Positions 53,301 through 64,000 of a stretch of 64,000 nt of DNA are shown one piece after another. Within the stretch, counting starts at the first letter, position 1; each line of letters opens with the position of its first letter. The translations under genes were made by a program, and so were the position numbers. The stretch comes from Octopus sinensis (lineage: Eukaryota), in assembly GCF_006345805.1 (NCBI RefSeq), contig NC_043017.1, forward strand, positions 16,740,001 through 16,804,000, written 5' to 3'. Under the pieces are notes generated by a model. It searched no databases and was not told the origin of the DNA. It worked only from the letters and a program-made list of their open reading frames with translations.

Positions 53301-53766
53301 CATTTTAAGAGAGCTTTTGGTAGCAAAATGAAATGATGGCAGTCAGGAACTACAGTTCCTAAATATGATTGAAAAGAAATAGAAAAAAATTTGAAACACA
53401 ATTTCAGAAAAATTGGGAAAATTATCCCAGCGAGACTTTGAGAATGAAGATTTAGTTCTTGTTTAGTCCCCGACTCAAGCTTCATTGAGTAGGACCTATA
53501 ATAAAAGGTGTTCCAGCCATGATTTTTTCCTCCTCTTCCCCCACCTTCTTAAGAAAATCAAGAATTCCCAAATTACGAATTACAGAGAAAATAACTGCCA
53601 CAATAACATCAAAGGCAAGTAACAGAGATTAAAAACCAATGAGAAGCAACACAGAAGAAAAGAAAAGATAAGACGAGAACCCCTACATCAGCTGGATACC
53701 GGATACATATTTACCACAGAAACATCTTCATGTTAATTGGTTAGAAAATTAGAAGGGTTAACCTAC

Positions 53767-54052
53767 CAGATGATTTAACATCAACACAACAGTGCCGTCT
53801 GACCATACTGCAGGCAGAGACTGCACGACGCTGTGGTCGGACATAGGTATCCGAGTCAGAATCATTGGCTGAGCATCGCAGAAGCGTACTATGAGAAGAT
53901 GATCTCTTGCGGTCTAAAGGCAAACAGATTTCACGTGGTGTACGGCTACCAAAGCCATAAATGCGCCCACCTCTATGTCGGCCTGATTGTTTCCACTGTT
54001 CGTAACGGGCAACTCGTTCTTGGGCTCTTTGCAAAATGGCTTCTCTTCGGAC
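53767..54052 (-). CDS. MAP7: MAP7-like exon: end of coiled coil plus GFGSRTPR region
   Basis: Acceptor ttttatttggtag|GTC, donor G|gtaggt; 286 nt, phase 0->1; VRREAILQRAQERVARYEQWKQSG...YGFGSRTPREICLPLDRKRSSSHSTLLRC...DVKSS. Confidence 0.85.
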
Positions 54053-54261
54053 CTACCAAAATAAAACAAAAAAAGATTTTAGAGAGAAATGTCAATACAT
54101 ACATATATATATATAATGCAAATAAGAAAATGGAGAAACAAATTTAGTTTGTTCATCAACTTTCGGATATTAGAATGTTGGATTATTTATTCATTTAACA
54201 AAATGAGAACCTTAATAGCATACATATATACATTATAATTCAATACATATAAGATAAGAAT

Positions 54262-54314
<53 letters not shown>

Positions 54315-54723
54315 AAGAAAATCCAAATACAAAATTTTGCAGCTATTTGTGAAACATTCTGCTAGTGCTGTATACTTTGAATTCTAAGAACCATTATCCA
54401 AAGAGCTCTACAGAGGGTGGCAAAACATTAAAACAATTTCATTAAAGTTTCAACAACCCCATGAGATTGTCTGTGTATGAGTGTGTGAGTGTACACATGC
54501 ACAATCCTGATATGGAAAGTATCTGAGTGTATGTATATATGTATATGGGTGGGGCAGAGGTGCACAATAAGTGAGACTTACTATATTATAGGAGACTATT
54601 GTAGTTTGCTTGAAGCATTGTGTATTGTTTGCAAAGAATAAAAAGTTTTGAATGACACAACAATGCACTTATAATACAAACGATGGACTCTAAGAACTGT
54701 TGTAATTTAATCATCCAAAGTCT

Positions 54724-54762
54724 GATATGATATTTCGGAATAAAATTCCTTCTTCAGACATC
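54724..54762 (-). ncRNA. Minimal type I hammerhead ribozyme motif (Penelope-type), core intact
   Basis: GAUGU-CUGAAGA-A-GGAAU-UUU-AUUCC-GAAAU-AUC-AUAUC: stem I GAUGU/AUAUC, stem II 5 bp, AUC cleavage triplet, loop-less palindromic stem III (AUAU); adjacent to a Penelope GIY-YIG relic. Confidence 0.75.
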
Positions 54763-55049
54763 TCTAGGAATTGATGGAGTCGCTACTATAATCGGTTTTC
54801 CAATGGCTTTTCTTTGTTTTTTCAGAAGCATCTCAGCAGTGGTATCATGAAACTCCTTCCGAAATCCTCATGAAACATGCATGAGGTTGGTCATATCTCA
54901 ATCTCGTGTGTGCTGGCACATCCTTAGCACTGCTTCTAAGTTATGTATTATACATGCAGCTTCCTTTTTTCTCTCTTCTTTTTTTTTTATAAACTACAGA
55001 TGAGCATATTATCAAAAATGAAACTATACACATCCAGATATATCTAAAT

Positions 55050-55925
55050 AATGTATTGATTACCAACCTCCAGTCTGTTGTTAATTTGGGGCCCTAGTCT
55101 GTGTATGAGTATAGCTTCCTTAATTCTTAAATTACCCAAATTTCTTTCATTGGCCTCAATTGTGACTGTTATGCTTTTGTCGGTGTTCCAGCATGTCTAG
55201 ATGTTTTCCAAAGGAAGAGGCTCTCGTGTTCAGATGTTCTTTGATGCGGACGTGTAACAGTCATGTTGTGCTACCCACATAGAACTTGTATTTGTTACAC
55301 TGTATTCTATACACAACATTTACCCGTTAGCATAAATCTGTGTCATGGATGGAACAGTTTGTTGTCCCTTGTTTGTTTCTCAGAGAGGGGCCGGAGTGGG
55401 CTAGTTGTATGTCTAGCCCTTCTCTTCTTATGGCTCTTCAGATGGATGTAGTCACCCTCTTGCTAAAATGGGGTATTTTAAGGAGACATGTGTTGCTGGA
55501 TTTTGTATGTGTTCGGCATGTTGGTCGTCTTGGGTACTTAAACCGATTTACAATGGATCCAGGGTACCCGTTGGTTTTCAATATATCTAAGAAGTGTGTA
55601 GTGTGGGTCACCTTGTCCTCCGTTCTGCTGCACTTACCCTGGATGCGTGCAAGTTCATTTCTGGTATATCCTATTTTTTGGCACCAAGTGGAAGTGCTGA
55701 ACTGTATTAGACAAACGTATCTCTACTGGATGCTTTCCTGTAGAACTCAGTGTGGATCTCACCTTCTCCTGTTATATTCAGTTTGAAGTCAAATAGTGAT
55801 GGCAGGATATTCTATAGTGAACTTTATGTCCATGTCCATGTTATCGAACGTCGTCAATGTTCTGTCAGCCTCTTCAAAGGAGGATGTGAGTTTGAGGATG
55901 TCATCTAAGTACCTGGTAAAGAAGA
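55050..55925 (-). mobile_element. Penelope-like element relic (RT plus GIY-YIG endonuclease)
   Basis: Minus-strand FTRYLDDIL (~55900), KFYVGSTT*LLHVRIKEH (~55260), IEANERNLGNLRIKEAILIHRLGPQINNRLE (~55100). Confidence 0.8.
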
Positions 55926-55954
55926 CTTCTATCTATCTATCTATCTATCTATCT

Positions 55955-56520
55955 ACCTAGGTCATCCCACAGGATGCCCGAAGACAGTTTCCACACGTTT
56001 TCTCCATTCATCTCGATCTCCCATAATGGTCCTCAGCTCCTGTACCCCTTCCATACCAGTATCCCCCAGCAAGTTGTCGATATAGGTCGTCTTCTTCCTT
56101 CCTCTCCTGGTTCTTCCTTCCGTTGGTTGCCAGAACACTAGGTTGTTAGCAATTTCCTTGGTGTGTTCGATGCAGTGTCCACCCAGCCTCATCCTTCTAT
56201 GCTATATCTTCAATGTTACCTTTGGTAGTCCCTGGTATAGGTCAGCGTTTGTTGTCTGACTCTTCCAGGAGACATTAAAAGTGCCATTCTAAGCATCCTC
56301 GTATAGCAACCGTCCAACTGCTTCTTCAATGCTTTAGTGAGCGTCCATGTTTCAGCCCGTATAGAAGAACAGACTCCACTGTTGCCAGAAACAACCTCAC
56401 TTTCAATTTCCTTGCTAACTTTGAACTCCATACCTTTCTCAATTTATGGCATGCGCTCTAGGCAAGAGCTTTCCTTGCTACGATGTCTTTTTCAGTACTT
56501 TGTGTTCACGCACCAAGGTA
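55955..56520 (-). mobile_element. RTE-clade LINE 3' fragment
   Basis: AETWTLTKALKKQLDGCYTRMLRMAL; RLGGHC...WQPTEGRTRRGRKKTTYID...DRDEWRK; (TAGA)n tail. Confidence 0.85.
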
Positions 56521-57960
56521 TTTCTGAATAGGCCTTATACTGTATAAATCTGTCCTTGAAAGAGTTTCATCTTAGGCCAACATTAAGTTCTTGCATCAGA
56601 GATATCAACTCTATAATCTATTTCTTCCTTGTGGAATTTATTGTTCAGAGAGCAGTTACATAGGCTTTGTGGGTGAGTTTTAACTTTCTTATTATAGCTA
56701 AACATTTGGGCAGATAAGTGTAACAAGCTTTTACTGTGCCAGAGCACTGCCTTAAAGGGTTTTAGTCAAAGAAATTGACCCCAGGACTTATTCTCTGTAG
56801 GCCTAGTATTTATTCTAATCAGTCTCCTTTGCCGGACTGTTAAGTTACAGGGATGTAAATGCACCAACATCAGTCATCAAGTGATGGGGGGGGGGGCAAA
56901 GACACACACACACGACAGGCTTCTTTCAGTTTCTGTCAACCAAATCCATTTACAAGGCTTTGGTCAGCCCAAAGCTATAGTAGAAGACACTTGCCCAAGG
57001 TGCCACGCAGTGGGACTGAACCCAGAACCATATGGTTAGTAAGCAATCTTTTTACCACAAAGCCACACCTGTATGTCTATAAAAAATTTAGGGTTGGTAT
57101 GTTCATACCACAAAACATTTTTATGTCTGCACCTCCTTGGTCTAGTGGGTAGATGATGTTTTTGTTTCTGCAAATCTAGATCTCACAAGTGCCATATTCT
57201 AAGGTGGGGCAGCTTTATTAAAAGTGGTTTTATATGGGAATAAGCTGGAGATACACCTACTTATTTTGCTAATAATTAAGAGTGTTACTGAAGATTTTAT
57301 TTCTTCAGATGGTTTCTTTGTTGGGTTTGTCAGAAGTAGAGTGGCCTGTGGTGAGATACATGCCTTAGTAGTCAATTATTTTTAGATTAGAATTAATGGT
57401 AATTTTTCAGTTTTGTTGTTTGACTATTGTGATGAGTTTATTCTATCTTCATGCTCTTATTCTGTGTCCACTTCTGTTAAGAACAACTCCAAGTTTACCA
57501 TTTCCGCCCAATTCTATATCAGCTTCCTCTTTTGTTCAGCCAATTTAGAATGTTTAAGTCTACAAATTGAGCAGTCTCAGCCCTGTTAAAGCACCTCATT
57601 GCTACATTAAACTATTCTTAATCTTATTTTCACCCAGTAAAATTGTGATGAAATAACAGCAATTTTCTGGCATTCATAATTATATTAATGCCAGAATCAG
57701 TAATTGTAGCACGTAGCTTGCTGGACTTCATGGCTTGGAGGTAGAAGAGGTTTGTTGCGGATGTTTTTTGAGACTGAGGGGTAGAATTCTACAATGTCTA
57801 ATTATTTAAACATATAGTCGGGTTTAAGGTTCGTATGCTTGAATCTTTCAATACTGCACCAAGTCCTCCATATCCAATGTTTAAGATTAGCAGCTCTTCT
57901 AATTTGAAGAAAAACAAATGTTGATATTTTCTTTATGCTGCCTATTTCACTTTTGGTAAG
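56520..57960 (-). mobile_element. Penelope-like RT relic interrupted by a SINE
   Basis: Minus-strand LDIVEFYPS at ~57790; many stops; boundaries approximate. Confidence 0.55.
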
Positions 57961-57989
57961 GCTAATTAATCTGTAAATAGGGTTCTAGA

Positions 57990-58425
57990 ATGAAGTCATC
58001 TCCTTGTGAACAAAAAGCAACTCCTCAATTCATTGATATTTAGCAGAGTCACCTATGGGAGCTGAATGCTGGATTATATAGAAAATTGACAAAAGGAAAA
58101 TTGAAGCATTTGAACAACAGTGTTTTAGACACATTCTCAGAATAAGCTGCATGGATAGAACTAATGACTGGGTCTTTCACGAGATAAACTACCAGGAAAG
58201 ACTTAAATACTATAACAAAAAGAAAATGGACATTCACCAGCTGTATACTTGGAAGACAAGACCTTGATACACATGTTCCTGTTAACAGGTGCAGCATATG
58301 GCAAAACAAGAGGAAGACCTAAAACCAGATTTAGCAATAACATCGACAAAGCTAGTAGTGGAAGTTTTGCAGAACTGTGCAAACTAGCACAGGACAGACA
58401 TGGGTAGACGGTCACAGTGGCTCAA
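57990..58425 (+). mobile_element. RTE-like LINE 3' relic
   Basis: YG.ECW-like and RGRPKTRF-like segments; decayed. Confidence 0.55.
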
Positions 58426-58689
58426 TTATTTGAGCCTTCCATCTAAAGCAGATGGGTTCTGAGTGAAGTTGGCTATGTCACCCTTCAAGGTCAAAATCAG
58501 TGTACAAAGGTTGAGATATTCTACTTGGTTGTCTACTTGGTTGGTAATTAGACATTTTGACATTAGACATTTAACTTCACTGTACATTCTACACAAGTCT
58601 ATAGGCAAGATTTTGTGATACTGTCTAAAATAGTTTGTTACACATTCCGCTATGTGTTTCATATAAGTTCTTTGTCTTATCAGCTTTTC

Positions 58690-59730
58690 TAAATGGGTGG
58701 CGTATGCAGGTCAAAGGCTACTGTATGTTTACAAGATCTTCCAAATGTGAGCTTTCTTTTCAGATGCGCAATGCTGCTGTCCCCCCATACCAGGGTCTCA
58801 TGTGCCCACACCTTCCACGCCCTCAGAGTTGGCACATTGAAAGATAGGTCTGGTGAGATTGTTGAGATGCGGAAATGTGTAGATGTGTGCTGCATCCAAA
58901 AAGTAAGGTAGAGAGGAAGTTCTGCTAGGTTACTCACAGGCAAAAAACATAGGTACAAGATATTTTAGATAGGGAACACTGATGGGGTCAGGGGCGTGGG
59001 TATACTTCTTATAGAGAAATGGGTTGATAAGGTAATCGAGGTAGTCAGAGACTGTGATAGAATACTTATGCTTAGATTGGTGCTGCAATATGGATTAGCA
59101 GTCATTATCTCGGCTTATGCTCCTGGTGGATACATGTCAGATTGACTACATTCTCACCGGGAAACAGGAAAGATGGCTACTTATAAATGCCAAAACTTTC
59201 CCAGGTGAAGAAAGCACCCCACAACATAGGTTAGTAGTTAGTGACTTCAGGATCAGGGCTAAATGGCTGCCCAGAAGACAACCAGCATGGAAAAGAAGGG
59301 TCTGGAAGCTTAAGGATCCTCTGAATGGACAGAGATTTAGAGAATAATACTTGATGCTTTTGACGAAAACGAGGAGAATATAGCATCACATAATGTGGAA
59401 GACAACTGGAGGTTTCTACAGGACAACCTGTTGAGGGTGGCTGACCAGACCTGTGGCTGGTGCAAGGTCCCCTCTCAACTCAAGGTAATGTGGTGGTGGA
59501 ACAATGTAGTTGACAGGGCCATTAGGGAAAAGAAACAGGCATGGAAGGACTGGAAGAGTGGTGGTAGTAGGGAACTGTATCATATCACCAGAAGGGAAGC
59601 TAGGAGACGGGTTTAGTTAGCCAGAGGAGCAGCAGAAAAGAAAAAATTTGCCAATGTTCTGCGCCATGAGGACCAAAGACTTGAAGTGTTTCATGTTGCA
59701 AGACAGAGAATCATAATGTCATAGGAGAGA
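58690..59730 (+). mobile_element. RTE-clade LINE endonuclease region, decayed
   Basis: VGTLKDRSGEIVEM..VDVCCIQ; QIDYILT...HRLVVSDF; WWWNNVVDRAIREKK. Confidence 0.8.
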
Positions 59731-60242
59731 ATGCCCTGAGCATATTGAAAAACAAAGTATTGCTTTGTAGAAGTACAAAATTTGCTGGAATCGGCAATTT
59801 CATGGCTGTATTACATTCTTAAAGCTCTTTTAATTCCTAGGACTCGTTTCTACTTGCAGCACTGACTGTATGTTTTTACAAAGCAAAAACAGGTCAATGT
59901 TTTTGACCTTTGCAGGTCAACCCACATTATTAAGATTGGTGTTTAGTGTTTTGCATTGATAGGACAATGTTTGCAGAAAGAGCATGGGGAGGGGGAAAAT
60001 TCCAGAATGTTTCAGTGCTGAGGAATATGAACTTACTTAGTGCAGGGTCCAGAAAGTGAAACACAGCGAGAATTACAAAAGGAGAGACAAATATCTGTTT
60101 AGGGAGTTGCTACATTGTTTTTACCAGCTGTTAAATATGTAATTATTATTTCCAAACACATAGCGTTCAGTATTAAGATCTTTATGATTCACTGGCAAGA
60201 ATGATGGAAAAAAAGTCGACGAAAAGTTCTCTATTCTATTAT

Positions 60243-60547
60243 TTCACCGTGACTGACCAGGCTATCAGATGTTGCTACACATCGCTGGTCACAATGTGCT
60301 TCGCATTGTTTTAGCCTTCAAATGACGCCACCCCACTGGCTAAGCGGGCAGGCCAACAGAAGAAAGAGTGAGAGAAAGCTGTGTCAAAAGAGTACAGCAG
60401 GGACTGCCACCACCCCTTGCCGGAGCCTTGTGGAGCTTTAGGTGTTTTTGCTCAATAAACACTCACAACGCCCGGTCTGGGAATCGAAACCACAATCCTA
60501 CGACCACGAGTATGCCGCCATAACCACTAGGCCATTGCACCTCCACT
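60243..60547 (-). mobile_element. SINE family E with 11-bp TSD
   Basis: tRNA-like head on minus strand (TGGCCTAGTGG, GGTTTCGATTCC); TATTCTATTAT at 60232-60242 and 60548-60558; partial copy at 33024-33135. Confidence 0.8.
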
Positions 60548-60662
60548 TATTCTATTATACAGTGATATAATGTTAATGGTCAAGGGTATAAAAAAAAAAC
60601 CCTAAGGGATTTGAGTGAAGTAAAAACAAAAAGTGAGAAACACAGAGGAACTCAATACTTAC

Positions 60663-60904
60663 TCTCTGGTCTTCTTCCTGTTTGCGACGGCGTTCTTCCA
60701 CGGCAGCTCTTCTCTCTTCCTCTCTGCGACGTAGCTCATCAATTTTCCGACGCCTTAATTCTTGCTGTCTTTCCCGATGCTCTTGTGCCAACCGCTGTTG
60801 TTCTTTCAACTCTTCTATCTTCTTTTTCCGTTCATCAGCTAACTTCTCTCGTGCAACTCTAACCCGTTCTTCTCTTTCTCTCTCCTTTTCCTTCCTTACA
60901 GTAC
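60663..60904 (-). CDS. MAP7: MAP7/ensconsin-like exon (first in window): N-terminal Glu/Arg coiled coil, probable microtubule-binding region
   Basis: Acceptor ttttgcag|GT, donor AGA|gtaagt; 242 nt, phase 1->0; (G)TVRKEKEREREERVRVAREKLADERKKKIEELKEQQRLAQEHRERQQELRRRKIDELRRREEERRAAVEERRRKQEEDQR; RRAAVEERRR is typical of the MAP7 family. Confidence 0.9.
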
Positions 60905-61999
60905 CTGCAAAAACAGAAATTTGGAAAATGAGCTTCAAACAAATGAAAAGAGGGAAGCAAATGCAAAGATTTGCTCGCAGCCGTTTCGAAATTGCTTTCA
61001 AGAGAGCATTTCTTTCAGAGTAGTTTCTTTTCTTCGTTAATCTTTTGTGCATGCATCGAGATCATTGGTCTGAATCTGAAGGGATAAAGACTTACCAACA
61101 ATGAAAATTTCCTGAAATTAGAAACCATTCTAAAATAAAAATAAAATTCTTAAGAACACATAGAAGGAGTTTCACTCTTAACAAAAGTCTCTGAGTATCA
61201 AACCAATTTCACTCTTTCCTGTGGTCAGTTTCAGTAAAATTTTGTTTTAATATTTTTTTTCAGGTAACTAACCAATAAGGATTATTTATACACATTCCTG
61301 AATTCACGACATCATTACCTGCAACATAAGCAAGCTTCTGATTATGGGTAAAGATGCTCTACTAATGAACCAAATGTACCCCCACCTTTATGAATTTGTC
61401 ATTGTGGACTTCAGAGAAGATTTAGAAAACTCTATCTCTATCTATTTGTATCTTCCTTTAGATGAACCTTATCTTAATGTCTCCCTGTTCTGCCTCATTC
61501 AGTTGGTTTGTAAGGAAAGTCAATCTCTCCAGTAGTCTTGTATTAATTTAATCCCTGTAACCTAACTGTAGCTACAGATTCCTACTTTGTGTTTTCTATA
61601 TTCTTAAAGTCCATAAATTAAATCTGACAACCTAATTTCTGAGTAATATATAATGGAATTTTCATGTACATTTCCTGGTCACCTATCATCGTTCAGTTAT
61701 GTGCCATGGAAAACAAACCATTAGAGCAGATCTTGGGACCACTGACCTTCTCACTCTTCAACCAAGACAATCCTCCAAGTTGTAGCATGTGTATTTTATT
61801 TCTGCTGTCACTGATTTCATTGCTGATTACTTCAGCAATGTTGTTGAAAACCTGGTCATATCTACAGATAGTTGCCCTTGCCCAGTGCTTTGTAACAACA
61901 GCTCAAGATGTGTTCAAAGGTCCTTGTTTTAAAACACAGGGGTCATAGAGGTGGTTTAAAAATGCCCTACATAATTAGATTGGATGGGCTGGTGAAGGT

Positions 62000-63125
62000 T
62001 TTGTAAACTGCTTGAATCAAGAACTTGATATGTCCTGCTATTCTGCTTCGTCATCATCTAGTTCCACCTCATCTAGGCACCTTGACATTGCTTTGCTTGC
62101 TTGCTCTTTATCCACACCATGCTTCTGCCTCTGCTTCCTACCTGTGGTCAGTCATTATGGGGTTCCCAAGTACAGACCTACCCTAAACCACATTCCCAAG
62201 AAGAGCTCTGAGTTCCAGCCTCATTCCAGCCTGCTGGATTACCTTGCAGCCTCCCACTTCTTTCTTGTCTTCATGGCAACACTTGCACTAGACACTTTGG
62301 TTTCCATTGAACTGGTGTACTACAAGTGTTCTTGTGCCCATATCACCATCAATTCCACCTTGAGAGAACTAAATGGAAACCTGAACTTCTTACCATTCCA
62401 TACAGCTCAACACAACTTAAGCTGCATGGCAAACCAAACTATCTGTGAAGATGGTTTCTGACCTTGAGCTCAAGAGATCTCCCATACAGCCCCATAAAGA
62501 CATTCGGACTTCAAAAATGAGCAAAAGCTAGAAGAGGAGGAGGAGGATCTCATGTTGGTAAACCTAGGCCTTGAATCTTTCTAGAAGCCTAAGCTTGTCC
62601 ACAGTTTGTGGAAGATGTTCCTAAGACAAACTCAGGTCTTCATGGGGGAGATAGCCATAATTTCCCTTAGCTTGATATACCTTCTCAAACATAGCAAAGC
62701 ACCAGAAGTTTCAGTCATTTGTCATATCCTCTGTGAAGCTCAACATCTGAAGATTATTTCTCACTGCTATGTCCCATGTTTTCCTAGGTCAACCCTTTCT
62801 ACAGGTTCCCTCCACAATTAGGAGAACGGCACTTCTTTATGCAGGTGTCCTTGTCCATTGGCCAATTTTTCTCTTAAGACTCTTACATGCACACTAACAT
62901 TGCACATCCAGCGCAGCATGCTGGTTTCATTTCTTTCAAGCCTTTGCATATCCTCAGTAGTCACAACCGATGTCACAGGCTTTCCAAAGGTCAACTAAAG
63001 CTAAGCACAGATGTTTGCTTTTGGCAAAAGACTTCTCCTGCAGCTAGCTTAACAGGAATATAGCATCAGCAGTGCTTCTCTCTGGTACAAAACCAAACAG
63101 TATCTCATCAAGGCCAACTCTCCCC
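62000..63125 (-). mobile_element. RTE-clade LINE RT region, decayed
   Basis: Minus-strand GFVPERSTADA (~63080) and a VDL-like motif (~62990); boundaries approximate. Confidence 0.6.
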
Positions 63126-63177
63126 TAAGATATGTATGTATATATTTGTATCAAATATATATATATAAGCTTCCCGT

Positions 63178-63217
<40 letters not shown>

Positions 63218-63422
63218 CGTGTATATATATGTGCGTATATATATATGTGTGTATCTATCCATCTATCTATATATATATATAAATCAAAATTGATCAACAT
63301 CAATGGAATTTGTAGTTGTGATACCAGTGCCGGTGGCACGTAAGAGAACCATCCGAACGTGGCCGTAGCCAGTGCCGCATCGCACACGCACACATACATT
63401 TGTGCATGTGTGAATATGTATG

Positions 63423-63459
<37 letters not shown>

Positions 63460-63462
<3 letters not shown>

Positions 63463-63861
63463 TAGAAAAAAACCACCTTTATCAATTCAAAATGAACAAT
63501 TAAATTACACCATCTAGAAAATTACATATAATAGAAGTATTAAAATTAAAATAATAATATACCGATGATTAAGTAAATTGCAAAATAATAATAAAAACGT
63601 ATATATTTGGTAGAATAACCATTTTAATTTTTATTTTTTATAATTATTTTGCAATTTGCTTAATCATTGGTATATTATTGTTATTTTATTTTTAATATTT
63701 CTATTATATGTAATTTTCTAGATGGTGTAATTTAATTGTTCATTTTGAATTGTTAAAAGGTGGTTTTTTTCTAATTTTTATATATATATTATATTTTGTG
63801 AAATTTGATTTAGTATTTCTAAACTGAATTTTTCCCTATAAGCTAGGAATAATATTCCCTC

Positions 63862-63862
<1 letters not shown>
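63460..63862. repeat. AT-rich hairpin element within (TA)n, same architecture as 52770
   Basis: ~135-bp arms attagaaaaaaaccacc...gcaaaataat / attattttgc...ggtggtttttttctaat; tail tttttccctataagctaggaataatattccct resembles the reverse complement of the 52770 tail. Confidence 0.8.
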
Positions 63863-63916
<54 letters not shown>

Positions 63917-64000
63917 TGTTACAAATGTTAGATTTGTTCCCACTGCATCACAGCTTCAGCAACTGTAATGCAGTGAGGATAAATCTAATTGTGAATGCAT

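Noticed and set aside
60611-61023. Plus-strand ORFs overlapping MAP7 exons (also 12441-13002, 10077-10544, 28807-28998)
   Set aside because: Antisense shadows of coding exons or SINE translations.

Overview
AT-rich, microsatellite- and repeat-dense eukaryotic DNA; the SINE families look like those of octopus (coleoid cephalopod), an inference from repeat recognition. The whole window lies inside one minus-strand gene of the MAP7/ensconsin family. I traced 11 coding exons with canonical AG/GT ends and mutually compatible phases (60904 down to 5105): N-terminal coiled coil, Ser/Pro-rich linker with an FDRLSTP motif, and the C-terminal MAP7 coiled coil (LAEKRRQARE...ERLARKKRLEMIMKRVK). The 5' end lies outside the window and the 3' end is uncertain. 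Introns contain SINEs, RTE, CR1-like and Penelope-like retroelement fragments, piggyBac, hAT and Tc1/mariner relics and several foldback palindromes. Main anomalies: (1) an in-frame UGA-C at 5602-5604 followed by 166 more open codons (readthrough, recoding, splice bypass or error); (2) a ~345-nt rod-like hairpin with a hammerhead-ribozyme motif near its apex and G-U-biased mismatches (retrozyme-like, 27444-27789); (3) an apparently intact minimal hammerhead in the gene's sense orientation (54724-54762), plus further hammerhead-bearing elements. Most ORFs in the supplied track are spurious.
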